The notes: generated by a model not told the origin, from the letters alone. A stretch of DNA of 64,000 bases from Octopus vulgaris (GCA_951406725.2 OX597835.1:9114001-9178000); one strand, 5' to 3'. Shown: positions 1 to 12,444, counted from the first letter of the stretch. Translations and numbers: made by a program.

Positions 1-1419
1 ATACTAAAGATGAACCTGACTGCTTTCAAAAATTAAGTAGAAAAAAGAGGGAAAATAATCCAGAATCTTGGTTCAGTACCTGATCGATCCCAATGGTAGT
101 CAGGAAAAGTGAAGGTGGGTGTGTGAGTCATGTTTCTAATACTGTGTGTGTGTCATCTGCAGTGGGAACATGGACAGTTTTCTCTATGAAGGTCAAATTT
201 TAGTCTTATCCGCTGATATAGTGTCTTTTACGGGCATGATGGTAAAGATTTATCCTCGTGTGAAAGAAAACGGAAAAGACCTGCATGCAGGGCTGTTGAT
301 GGACATCGGGTCTAGGTATTACCGTCGCCTCACAGATGACCCCTTCAGCCTCACATCGGCTCACTAATTGAAAGTTATATACACTGCAAGAGCAACATGC
401 CTCCCAACTTGTAATGCGGATACTTGTTAAAATGTTTTTGGTGTCAGTTGCACAACTAAAGGAGATTCTTAGGCTGTGCTTGTTAAATAAATGCCTGTAT
501 CTATGTGCGAAATGTTTATGAGGCTACGGTGATACCTTAACCTTCCAGCAGCAATATTGGCATATTAACCAGATCTCACGCCAGTACAGTTGCCACGCCC
601 AGAGATAAGTCACCAGTCCGAGGGACCAGCGTCACTGAGGGCGTCATCGATGACCCCGGTACCACCACCAGAGTTAATGAACAAACCATAGACACAGACA
701 GAGGGACCAGGCCCGCAACATATGTTACCACCAGTACAATCGCCACACCTAGAGATGATGACCAATACTAGACCAGCGACATGGAGGAGGTATTCGGCGT
801 TCCTAGTACCACCACCATAGATGATGAGCATATAATTAATCTTCGACACCGATGAATCTGGTGTTATAAAATAGAGCCAAGAACGGAGGCAATCTAGCAA
901 CCAGAAATGCTATAAACCAAAATCAAGTACAAAGCAGATCTTGCACGGTTTTGAACTACATGCAACAATACTGTATTATCCCCACTTTCAATTCTACTAA
1001 TTAAACGCCATTTCTTCTAATTAAAATCATTTTAAGAGCGTTCTCATATTCCTTTTATAACCGTACTCATCTCTGTGTTCTGCCTATAAATGGAATCAAA
1101 AGGAATATACAATTATTACAATCTCAGCCCACAGATGCTAAACACAGGTATTGATATTGCATTGTAGTTTATTAATTGTCGTATTGTCACGCTACAGCTC
1201 GCAATATCTTTGTGTTCAGCCACTTGCTGGAGTATGCAGTTCTGTCATTCCGCATCACATCAGTTCGTTGGGAAGATTTATACAACGTTATTATTTACCG
1301 AATGCAATACAACTTATCTATACCTAGAGGAGACATATATCTGACTGTATGCATTGCACACCTGTATGTATGTATGTATGTGTCTGTCTGTGTATTTGTA
1401 TGCATATATAAAAGTGTGT

Positions 1420-1652
1420 AAGGCGGCGAGCTGGCAGAAATGTTAGCACGCCGGGCGAAATGCGTAGCTGTATTTCGTCTGCCGTTATGTTCTGAGTTCA
1501 AATTCCGCCGAGGTCGACTTTGCCTTTCATCCTTTCGGGGTCGATTAAATAAGTACCAGTTACACACTGGGGTCAATATAATCGACTTAACCCGTTTGTC
1601 TGTCCTTGTTTGTCCTCTCTGTGTTTATCCCCTTGTGGGTAGTAAAGAAATA
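1420..1652 (+). mobile_element. tRNA-derived SINE, family A (head aaggcggcgagctggcagaa), full length
   Basis: A-box-like tggcagaaatgttag and B-box gagttcaaattcc; central gcctttcatcctttcggggtcgat domain; 16-bp target-site duplication atatataaaagtgtgt at 1404-1419 and 1653-1668; near-identical copy at 46379-46608. Confidence 0.9.
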
Positions 1653-2212
1653 ATATATAAAAGTGTGTGGTTGTGTATGTGTTTTTTTCTTCGATCCAGT
1701 GCATACCTGAAAGATGGAGGAAATAGTACTTGCCTATGAATTTCAAAACTCTGATGAATATTTATCAGAGCATTTGGAGGCAGCAGTAATAATCCGAGAC
1801 AAACCATGAATTAGTCGGAAGTGTTCTCTTTCTGACAACATCAAGAAGGGTTTCCAGAATTTTTTAGACTTTTGTTGGAGTACAGGTATATCTGTACCAG
1901 ATGATTATAATTTTTCTATATCAAAACTATACATCTCAAAATGTAACCTGTCGACTCCCGTTATTCCAGATTGAAGGAGACGGTTGCACCTTCGCTTTGA
2001 AGACACTGCACTAAACGTTCCATGTCACAGCTGACTAGTTTGAAGAATGAAGTCGCCACGTGAAGTCAATATGGAAGCTGGTTATGCAATAACACTTTTT
2101 CGTTAAACTAAACACAAACTCTTGACTGCTTCTGGATTAATTATAGAAACCAAGAATATCTGTTTCAACACACGACTTCACATAAAAAATCTTGCACAAC
2201 AAATATTTAAAC

Positions 2213-2213
<1 letters not shown>

Positions 2214-2252
<39 letters not shown>

Positions 2253-2310
2253 TGGTATAGTATTGTATAGTATAGTATAGTATAGTATAGTATAGTATAG
2301 TATAGTATAG
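2214..2310. repeat. (TA)n followed by (TAGTA)n microsatellite
   Basis: Direct reading. Confidence 0.95.
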
Positions 2311-2544
2311 ACTGTGTCTCACACACCCTTCAGAAAGCCTTGCCTCATTATTTCCTTATTCCATCTACGCACACATGCAAAAGCAGATACACAGATACAC
2401 ATACCAAGCATTTCCGCACTCTCTTTTTACCAGAAAGCACTTTCTCTTTGTCCTACATCCGGTCACTTCAAAAATGTAACTACACGTTGGATATTAGCAA
2501 TTTTTCTTTCTTCTTCCTTTTTCTTTGGAGCTTCCAGATTTTCC

Positions 2545-2580
2545 TGTTTCCGAAGAAGAGCTATGCTCGAAACGCAAAAC
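2545..2580 (+). ncRNA. Degenerate minimal hammerhead-like motif in a Penelope-like pLTR fragment
   Basis: ccgaaga-agagc-tat-gctc-gaaac: variant CUGANGA box, stem II gagc/gctc, then GAAAC; related motif at 43385. Confidence 0.4.
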
Positions 2581-3099
2581 AATTACTCTTTTCTTTCTCC
2601 GAGCGTCGTATTACTACTTAGCATGTGTTACGTCCTCACATTGTTGATCTTTTCTTGTTGTCTTTTTCTTTTCTTTTCCTACGTTTTATGAATTAATTTC
2701 ATATACGCCCACATGATATAATTTATATATAAACAGAAATAGCAATCAATCATTTCTTCCTCCCTTTGATTATCTATACACCTCTCTCTTTCACTCTCTA
2801 TATATATATCTCTTTATCTCTATCTGTCTCTATGTCGCCCATCCCGTTTATTAATCTCTTTTCTGAATAAGATGATGAAATTATTTTGTTAGCAACGTTA
2901 ATATATAAACAAGTTGATGAGATTTAGAATTTTACGTAATTTATTTTCATTTATAAGAAACATTGAAAGTTGAAATAAATTGGAAAAGTTTCATTTCAAT
3001 TAAAATTTATGTACAACTGTTTTCTGAATATAAGTATGCAAAAATTTTATGATTTGTTTTGAACATATAACGCGTTGTAAATTAACGCATTAGTAATGA

Positions 3100-3260
3100 T
3101 TTCAAATTTTTGCACAATGCCAGCAACTTCGGAGGAAGGAATGAGTCAATTACATTGACCCCTGTGCTCAACTGGTCCTTATTTTATCGAACCCGCAATA
3201 ATGAAAAGCAAAGTTGACCCCTCAAACCGGTGTGCTAACAAGTCTGCCAGCTCGCCACTT
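3100..3260 (-). mobile_element. Diverged, internally deleted family A SINE
   Basis: gtgtgctaacaagtctgccagctcgcc is the reverse complement of the family A head; degenerate central domain and cttgtgc-type tail. Confidence 0.7.
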
Positions 3261-3269
3261 TTTTAAAGG

Positions 3270-6200
3270 TGTTAAAATTTGGCACAAGACCAGAAGGATT
3301 CCAGGATGTGCCACGTCGATGAAGTCGACCCCAGTGCTCACCAAATCGTACTTCTTTTATCGCCTCTGAAAGGCAGAATGGCGGAATTTGAACTCAGAAC
3401 GTAGCGGCAGACGAAATATGTATTTCTTTACTACCCACAAGGGGCTAAACACAGAAGGGACAAACAAGGACAGACAAACGGATTAAGTCGATTATATCGA
3501 TCCCCAATGCGTAACTGGTACTTATTTCAAAGACCCCGAAGGGATGAAAGACAAAGTCGATCTCGGCGGAATTTGAACTCAGAACGTAACGACAGACGAA
3601 ATACCTATTTCTTTACTACCCACAAGGGGCTAAACACAAAGAGGACAAACATGGATAGACAGACGGATTAAGTCGATTATATGGACCCCAGTGCGTAACT
3701 GGTACTTATTTCATAGACCCCGAAAGGATGAAAGGCAAAGTCGACCTCGGCGGAATTTGAACTCAGAACGTAACGACAGACGAAATACTTATTTCTTTAC
3801 TACCCACAAGGGCTAAACACAAAGAGGACAAACATGGATAGACAGACGGATTAAGTCGATTATATGGACCCCAGTGCGTAACTGGTACTTATTTCATAGA
3901 CCCCGAAAGGATGAAAGACAAAGTATACCACGGCGGAATTTGAACTCAGAACGTAACGACAGACGAAATACCTATTTCTTTACTACCCACAAGGGGCTAA
4001 ACACAAAGAGGACAAACATGGATAGACAGACGGATTAAGTCGATTATATGGACCCCAGTGCGTAACTGGTACTTATTTCATAGACCCCGAAAGGATGAAA
4101 GGACAAAGTCGACCACGGCGGAATTTGAACTCAGAACGTAACGACAGACGAAATACTTATTTCTTTACTACCCACAAGGGGCTAAACACAAAGAGGACAG
4201 ACATGGACAGACAGACGGACTAAGTCGATTATATGGACTCCAGTGCGTAACTGGTACTTATTTCATAGACCCCCGAAAGGATGAAAGACAAAGTAAACCA
4301 CGGCGGAATTTGAACTCAGAACGTAACGACAGACGAAATACCTTATTTCTTTACTACCCACAAGGGGCTAAACACAAAGAGGACAAACATGGATAGACAG
4401 ACGGATTAAGTCGATTATATGGACCCCAGTGCGTAACTGGTACTTATTTCATAGACCCCGAAAGGATGAAAGGCAAAGTAGACCACGGCGGAATTTGAAC
4501 TCAGAACGTAACGACAGACGAAATACTTATTTCTTTACTACCCACAAGGGGCTAAACACAAAGAGGACAGACATGGACAGACAGACGGATTAAGTCGATT
4601 ATATGGACTCCAGTGCGTAACTGGTACTTATTTCATAGACCCCGAAAGGATGAAAGGCAAAGTCGACCTCGGCGGAATTTGAACTCAGAACGTAACGACA
4701 GACGAAATACTTATTTCTTTACTACCCACAAGGGGTTAAACACAAAGAGGACAGACATGGGCAGACAGACGGATTAAGTCGATTATATGGACTCCAGTGC
4801 GTAACTGGTACTTATTTCATAGACCCCCGAAAGGATGAAAGACAAAGTAGACCACGGCGGAATTTGAACTCAGAACGTAACGACAGACGAAATACTTATT
4901 TCTTTACTACCCACAAGGGGCTAAACACAAAGAGGACAGACATGGACAGACAGACGGATTAAGTCGATTATATGGACCCCAGTGCGTAACTGGTACTTAT
5001 TTCATAGACCCCGAAAGGATGAAAGGCAAAGTAGACCACGGCGGAATTTGAACTCAGAACGTAACGACAGACGAAATACTTATTTCTTTACTACCCACAA
5101 GGGGCTAAACACAAAGAGGACAGACATGGACAGACAGACGGATTAAGTCGATTATATGGACTCCAGTGCGTAACTGGTACTTATTTCATAGACCCCGAAA
5201 GGATGAAAGACAAAGTAGACCACGGCGGAATTTGAACTCAGAACGTAACGACAGACGAAATACTTATTTCTTTACTACCCACAAGGGGCTAAACACAAAG
5301 AGGACAGACATGGACAGACAGACGGATTAAGTCGATTATATGGACTCCAGTGCGTAACTGGTACTTATTTCATAGACCCCGAAAGGATGAAAGACAAAGT
5401 AGACCACGGCGGAATTTGAACTCAGAACGTAACGACAGACGAAATACTTATTTCTTTACTACCCACAAGGGGCTAAACACAAAGAGGACAGACATGGACA
5501 GACAGACGGATTAAGTCGATTATATGGACCCCAGTGCGTAACTGGTACTTATTTCATAGACCCCGAAAGGATGAAAGACAAAGTCGACCTCGGCGGAATT
5601 TGAACTCAGAACGTAATGACAGACGAAATACCTATTTCTTTACTACCCACAAGGGGCTAAACACAAAGAGGACAGACATGGACAGACAGACGGATTAAGT
5701 CGATTATATGGACTCCAGTGCGTAACTGGTACTTATTTCATAGACCCCGAAAGGATGAAAGACAAAGTCGACCTCGGCGGAATTTGAACTCAGAACGTAA
5801 TGACAGACGAAATACCTATTTCTTTACTACCCACAAGGGGCTAAACACAAAGAGGACAGACATGGACAGACAGACGGATTAAGTCGATTATATGGACTCC
5901 AGTGCGTAACTGGTACTTATTTCATAGACCCCGAAAGGATGAAAGACAAAGTCGACCTCGGCGGAATTTGAACTCAGAACGTAATGACAGACGAAATACC
6001 TATTTCTTTACTACCCACAAGGGGCTAAACACAAAGAGGACAGACATGGACAGACAGACGGATTAAGTCGATTATATGGACTCCAGTGCGTAACTGGTAC
6101 TTATTTCATAGACCCCGAAAGGATGAAAGACAAAGTCGACCTCGGCGGAATTTGAACTCAGAACGTAATGACAGACGAAATACCTATTTCTTTACTACCC

Positions 6201-7152
6201 ACAAGGGGCTAAACACAAAGAGGACAGACATGGACCGACAGACGGATTAAGTCGATTATATGGACTCCAGTGCGTAACTGGTACTTATTTCATAGACCCC
6301 GAAAGGATGAAAGACAAAGTCGACCACGGCGGAATTTGAACTCAGAACGTAACGACAGACGAAATACTTATTTCTTTACTACCCACAAGGGGCTAAACAC
6401 AAAGAGGACAGACATGGATAGAGAGACGGATTAAGTCGATTATATGGACCCCAGTGCGTAACTGGTACTTATTTCATAGACCCCCGAAAGGATGAAAGGC
6501 AAAGTAGACCACGGCGGAATTTGAACTCAGAACGTAACGACAGATGAAATACCTATTTCTTTACTACCCACAAGGGGCTAAACACAAAGAGGACAGACAT
6601 GGACAGACAGACGGATTAAGTCGATTATATGGACTCCAGTGCGTAACTGGTACTTATTTCATAGACCCCGAAAGGATGAAAGACAAAGTAGACCACGGCG
6701 GAATTTGAACTCAGAACGTAACGACAGACGAAATACTTATTTCTTTACTACCCACAAGGGGCTAAACACAAAGAGGACAGACATGGACAGACAGACGGAT
6801 TAAGTCGATTATATGGACCCCAGTGCGTAACTGGTACTTATTTCATAGACCCCGAAAGGATGAAAGGCAAAGTCGACCTCGGCGGAATTTGAACTCAGAA
6901 CGTAACGACAGACGAAATACTTATTTCTTTACTACCCACAAGGGGCTAAACACAAAGAGGACAGACATGGACAGACAGACGGATTAAGTCGATTATATGG
7001 ACCCCAGTGCGTAACTGGTACTTATTTCATAGACCCCCGAAAGGATGAAAGACAAAGTAGACCACGGCGGAATTTGAACTCAGAACGTAACGACAGATGA
7101 AATACCACTAAGCATTTCGCCCGATGTGCTAATGATTCAGCCACCTCGCCAC
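3270..7152 (-). mobile_element. Older family A SINE (head about 7104-7152, tail about 3270-3380) interrupted by the 184-bp tandem array
   Basis: Diverged head cgcccgatgtgctaatgattcagccacctcgcc at the right end and diverged body/tail ggcacaagacc...gtcgaccccagtgctc at the left end flank homogeneous units. Confidence 0.65.
3380..7104 (-). repeat. Tandem array of 20 x ~184-bp units derived from the family A SINE body (SINE-derived satellite)
   Basis: ggcggaatttgaactcagaac recurs 21 times from 3380 to 7066 (mean spacing ~184 bp); the unit is the reverse complement of roughly 1470-1652. Confidence 0.97.
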
Positions 7153-7173
7153 TTTAATAATAATTATAAAAAT

Positions 7174-7345
7174 AAGGCGAGATGGCAGAATAGTGGCATT
7201 TTTGCAGCATTACGATTTGATTTCAAATGCTACCAATGTCGACTTGGCCTCTTATTCCTTCGGGGTCGATTAAACAAGTACCATTTGGTTACTGAGATTG
7301 ATGTCAATTAGCATTCTACTTCCTAAACACATCTAGCCTTTTGTC
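7174..7345 (+). mobile_element. Diverged family A SINE, head-to-head with the array-containing copy
   Basis: aaggcgagatggcagaatag head; gtcgacttggcctcttattccttcggggtcgattaaacaagtacc domain. Confidence 0.7.
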
Positions 7346-8100
7346 AATATTTGAAACCACTATTGCTGTTGGTGTTGTTACTGTTGTTGTTGTCGTCGTT
7401 GTTGTTATTCTCGTGTTGTTGTTGTCGTTGCTGATATTTCACTTGTTCTTTTCCCTTTTACTTTGACGTTGCTATTTTCAAGAGGCTTTGAAGACTCTTG
7501 TCTTCTGCAAACTCTTTATAATCTCCTCACATCATTTTTTGTGAGTGTCCAATTATCGCGTCGTAATTAATGACAGAACATTTTTTTAAAAATTCTTTTT
7601 GAAGTTTCAGTTACGACTCTTTAATTAAACTGAGGATGCACTTCTTTTGGAGTGGATGAATGAGGTGATTAGTTGGATATGCTTTTAATTTTGTTTATAA
7701 AGTTCCACTTACTTTCGTAACAAATTGCCTTCCTCGTATTGCTTAGAATTTTGAAACATTTCAGAAAATACACAGACATTTATTTCATAATTACAAAAAA
7801 CAAAACAAAAATAGAGCTTAATTTAATCATAGCAACACTGAAATATGCGCGGCGCAGAATAAACATAATATTTCATACAACAAATAACAATGGTAATTAG
7901 AAGTACGATAGTAAATCATTCACTTATTAGACTTGCTTAAATGTAATTCTTACTATGATAAACACACAGAAAAATCTCAGAAGATGGACGTCGCTGACTG
8001 CAATTTTATCATAGTATGGTGAAGGTAAAAAGTAATGTTACGCTGTCTTTGAAAATTGGTTGGATACATAACATGCTATCCACTAAGCTGTTGCTGCACT

Positions 8101-8490
8101 GGACTGGAAGCACTCCGTCGGTTACGACGACGAGGGTTCCGGTTGATCCGAATCAACGGAACAGCCTGCTCGTGAAATTAACGTGTAAGTGGCTGAGCAC
8201 TCCACAGACAGGTGCACCCTTAACGTAGTTCTCGGGTATATTCAGTGTGACACAGAGAGTGACAAGGCCGGCCCTTTGAAATACAGGTACAACAGAAACA
8301 GGAAGTAAGAGTGAGAGAAAGTTGTGGCGAAAGAGTACAGCAGGGATCACCACTATCCCCTGCCTGAGCCTCGTGGAGCTTTAGGTGTTTTCGCTCAATA
8401 AACACTCACAACGCCCGGTCTGGGAATGGAAGCCGCGATCCTATGACCGCGAGTCCGCTTCCCTAACCACTGGGCCATTGCGCCTCCACT
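8101..8490 (-). mobile_element. tRNA-derived SINE, family B (head gtggaggcgcaatggcccagtggttagg), full length
   Basis: A and B boxes on the minus strand; TSD ttgctgcact at 8091-8100 and 8492-8501; several near-identical copies in the window. Confidence 0.9.
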
Positions 8491-9002
8491 TTTGCTGCAC
8501 TACTGAATTACTGATTACCACGGAATACTTTTTACTATAATGGTGGTGTGGTACGCTTAAGTTGTTTCAATTTCTAGATTTATATTTCGAATCACTGTAC
8601 ATTTTTCCATTTCTTTTTTTTTTTTTTTTTGTAAGATATATCATGATCTCTTCAGAGAGTGCAAATAAGGTTAACTTTAGAGTGCAATAATTCCTGAGAG
8701 TGTTTCTTTGCCCCGTCTTCCGTTTTAAAAGCAAACCAGTTGGGGTTTTATACCTTTCCTCCGATGACATACAAGATCTCTCACTTGATCTTTCTTTCTC
8801 TTTCTCTCGCTCTCTCTCGACATCTTAGAACTACAATTATAGATGTCACTGTCTGAGAGATTACTACCATAAAAAAATGAATAATTTTCGTATTGCAGAT
8901 CTCAAGAGCATGACTGGGAGCGATACGATCAATGAATATTTTAAGAGGGAATATGCGGTACGGGTAGGTACAGCAACAACACCAATTCTTTCGCGGTTAT
9001 AA

Positions 9003-9262
9003 TACGAGGGGCGTTCAATAACTAATGCCCCTGACCCACTTGCAATTGTTTGATCTAGCTGAAATTTTGCATGTGCACTTATTTATACCTCTATAGATTG
9101 CGTGGTGAATTACAGCTCTGAACTAATTGTGGTTTCCGATTTATGGGTGTTTGAACTGAGTCAAGTGTGAAATGGAGCCTGTTGAGTGTCGAGCAGTGAT
9201 TTGGTTTTTGTATTTGAAAGGACGCACACCACGGGAGACTTTTGATGAAATGAAAGCAGATA
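9003..9262 (+). mobile_element. Mariner transposon 5' fragment (TIR plus N-terminal HTH)
   Basis: TA-cgaggggcgttcaataa TIR; ATG at 9172 gives MEPVECRAVIWFLYLKGRTPRETFDEMK, a mariner-type HTH, then truncates. Confidence 0.8.
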
Positions 9263-10135
9263 TCTACAACCCAGCATCGTCGGAAGAAGCGAGGCATTAA
9301 GAGAAGACTACGTTCATTGATGCCAATAAGAGAAGGAAGATTAAGAATGATTGTTAAAATTTTTCACCAATCAGTTGAATAATTTTCATTCTGCTTCCGT
9401 TTTAGTTCTACGTAAATCGGGAACTAAATTAGCGGAAATTGAATATAATTTCTATATAACCACGATATAGCACCGTGAGTAGCTCGTTCAAACATTGCTT
9501 TTCTGATGGATGCGTGTAATGAAAATACTTAACTCAGGTGGGCATTATGAATTAATTAAAATGTCATTTTATCTCTCACCTTGACACACTTGAATGAAGA
9601 TGCAAGTTTAACAAAACGTTTACAAGACTTTGTAATGCTGATTACGAAAACAGGTAACGGTAAAGGTCAAAAACAAATTTTAGAAAAATATACGAAAGCC
9701 AATGACAATGATGCGTTTGACCTTCAAAATACCTTTTGCTACTTCAAATATCATTTGGAACGTTCCACATGAGTAAAGAAATGTGGTAGAATAATTACTG
9801 TCATATTATATTGTACAATAACACCCCAGCATTTGATAACAGTATCTTAGTAAATTGATTCTAAGTGTTTGTTATCGTTTCAAGTTGAAGTGGATGCAGT
9901 AATTCTGAGTAACAATCACTAAACAACACAGGTCACACTTCTACACAAATAAGCATGAATCGACCTCTTCTACTCAATATTTACGTATCATAATGCAAAT
10001 TAGCCCCCACATATACGTCCTTGATGTTGATGACGTCCCTGATGTCGATAATACTCCTCAACAGCTGCCTCCCATCTCCCCCATAATTATTTCTTTAGAG
10101 ACACTTGCACAGCAAAGAGTCACGTTTTCTTTCTT

Positions 10136-10279
<144 letters not shown>

Positions 10280-11394
10280 GATCGATCTTACAACGATTTA
10301 CGCATTTTGTTAACAGAATTTAGCCTCTACACGCCAGATGTGCTTCTGTCTCTTTACTTCCGCAAGAAAAATCAGAATAGTCATTTCCTTTACCAGCAAG
10401 TGAAGTGGATAAATTGTATTTTTAAGTCACAAACATTCCTAGGAATGTAACAAAGGGAAGCTGTAGGTGTGCGCACGCGTGCGTATATACGTATATACAT
10501 ACATACATACACGCATACATGCATAGATACATACATACTTACCTAATTACTTATATACATATATATTTCACAAGACAAATGTGGAGACCTCCTCAGCTGT
10601 TTTCCCAGTATTCTATATAAAAGCAAAGCAATGTTAATGAAATTATTTTAACAATGTAACATTTTTGTATAAAAAGATTCTACCGAACAGATTCTAATGT
10701 ATCTATTAAATATAGTAATAGAATGTTTAGTAAAGGTTTGGTGAATGCTGATTAGATCATTGCAAATCATTATTGTAAGAAAAAAAAGTTTTCAGCATAG
10801 TTTAGTATAAAGTGACAAAACCCAAAACAGCTACAATAAACATCCATTGAAATTTCAAAATGAGAAAAACTGTATTGCCCCGGGAAACTAGTCGATGGTA
10901 CATCAGATTGCATTATGTTTAGAATGTCTTTTGTACCAAAAAGTAAAGGACGGAAATATAAGCAAGCGGTAACAGAACAAGAAAACTGCTGATACAAGTA
11001 CTGCCAATTAAACATCAGTTCGGGGAGATGCTACCTTCAATTGAAATGCCAAAATTCTACGCTATTAAAAGAGAAGCTGAATTTATTTTTTTCCATTGAA
11101 AAGTATTCAAAATGAATTTGCCAGTTATATCTTACGTCTACCAATATTGATTATATCTGGTTAATCACAAGTCTTTTTCATATACATTATCCGAACTATG
11201 AGACTACGTTTCTGTGTGTATTATTATAACCAAACGATTCGTAGAATAATGTCGTATCATCCTCAAACCGTTCTGGGGTTTAATATACCGTGCCATAATT
11301 GCTTCTTGTTGCTGATCTCGTGGTACATAGGCTGTACATGAAGAAATTAAGTCGACATTTTGTAAAGATATTTTCTGTTATCTCTAAGGTTATA

Positions 11395-11733
11395 AAAGAC
11401 CCCCTTCGGTCATGAATGACCACAGGATTGCACCTAGAAAATTACCCTCCTGGACACAAGTCCGGGCAAGGTTGTTTATGGAAGACCAGCAGTCGCCCAT
11501 GCATGCCAGCCTCCCCTCTCCACGCCACCAGTGTTATCCAAGAGAAAGACAAAGGTCGATACAGCTTGGCACCTGTGACGTCGCAACTCATTTCTACAGC
11601 TGAGTGAACTGGAGCAACGTGAAAATAAAGTGCTTTGCTCAAGAACACAACACGCAGCCCGGTCCGGGATTCGAGCTCACAACCTCACGATCGTAAGCTC
11701 GACGCTCTAACCACTGAGCCATGCGCCTTCACA
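11395..11733 (-). mobile_element. tRNA-derived SINE, family D (head gtgaaggcgcatggctcagtggttagagcg)
   Basis: A box tggctcagtggttagagc, B box gagctcgaatccc, then gtgttcttgagcaaagcactttatttcacgttgctccag central domain; partial copy at 40822-40935. Confidence 0.85.
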
Positions 11734-11947
11734 TGATTATACTCTGAAGGATATTTCTTTATATGGTCTTAAATTTCGCCTGCCTTTCAAGATGCTGTTT
11801 TCACACTTGCTTAAGCTAAACAGAGCAAAGTAAATATGTGCTGAGCCTGAAAACTCTATAACCAGGACCACCCGATCTAACAGAGAATAGTTATGTTTTA
11901 AAAGATAAGATTTTAAAGGATTTTATTTATATCTAATAGGTCGAGCA

Positions 11948-11995
11948 ACCACACGATGATTATTACGCTGAGTGATCGAAACATGTATGATGTAA
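11948..11995 (+). ncRNA. Minimal hammerhead-like motif (Penelope-type), core partly mutated
   Basis: acgatga-ttattac-gctga-gtgatc-gaaac-at-gta: near-CUGAUGA box, imperfect stem II, GAAAC with palindromic ACAUGU and a GUA triplet. Confidence 0.45.
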
Positions 11996-12109
11996 CTGTA
12001 AACATCTGAATTTTCTCTCCAAATATCCATGCGTGTAGTTAGCATTTGCCTCATCGTGGGTTGGTTCATTTATCTATGTTAAACGTCTGCACAAAAGTAG
12101 ATATTTCTA

Positions 12110-12444
12110 CTGTAGGGTTTCATTAGCAAGCGTTTCCTCAAGACGCGCTATCTGTCGTTGGAGGAATCTGAGTTTCCAGACCTGTTCTTATGGATTTCTT
12201 GGGGCATCGCAAGAGCTTTTGGCGAAACTGCTCGACCGTCTCTTCCGATCTTACTGGTCGTCCAGTTCCTTTAGCCCTGCACAGATACCCTTCTTCTGAA
12301 ATTTTTGTACCCTGTCCAAATCTGCATTGGCGTTGGTGACTTTTTAGAGAACTCTCTCACAAATGCACTTTGCGCATCCTTGTTCGACTGTGTTTGAGCA
12401 TACTGCAACACAGAAAACGCCTTTCCTCTTCCAGTGAATGCCAT
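12110..12444 (-). pseudogene. Frameshifted Tc1/mariner-type transposase N-terminus (DUF4817-like HTH)
   Basis: Minus-strand MAFTGRGKAFSVLQYAQTQSNKDAQSAFVREFSKKSPTPMQIWTGYKNF, then after a frameshift EEGYLCRAKGTGRPVRSEETVEQFRQKLLRCPKKSIR, with the GRP motif of this family. Confidence 0.75.

Noticed and set aside
3540-3612. Hammerhead ribozyme in the array unit (ggatgaaag...gacgaaata), which would make it a retrozyme
   Set aside because: No CUGANGA box on either strand and no stem II/III arrangement that I could build
3380-7104. CRISPR array
   Set aside because: Whole 184-bp units repeat with no unique spacers, there are no cas genes, the context is eukaryotic and the unit matches a dispersed SINE
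8153-8353. Recurrent ORF MVIPAVLF...NFTSRLFR (also 45319, 60272, 63772) as a multigene family
   Set aside because: It is simply the family B SINE body translated; flanked by Pol III boxes and TSDs
8400-8490. tRNA genes at SINE heads (also 11660-11733, 45184-45260, 52388-52460)
   Set aside because: tRNA-like A and B boxes run directly into SINE bodies; no clean acceptor stem or terminator
8567-8770. ORF MSSEERYKTPTG... as a host exon
   Set aside because: Short, runs through a poly-A tract, no recognisable domain or convincing splice context
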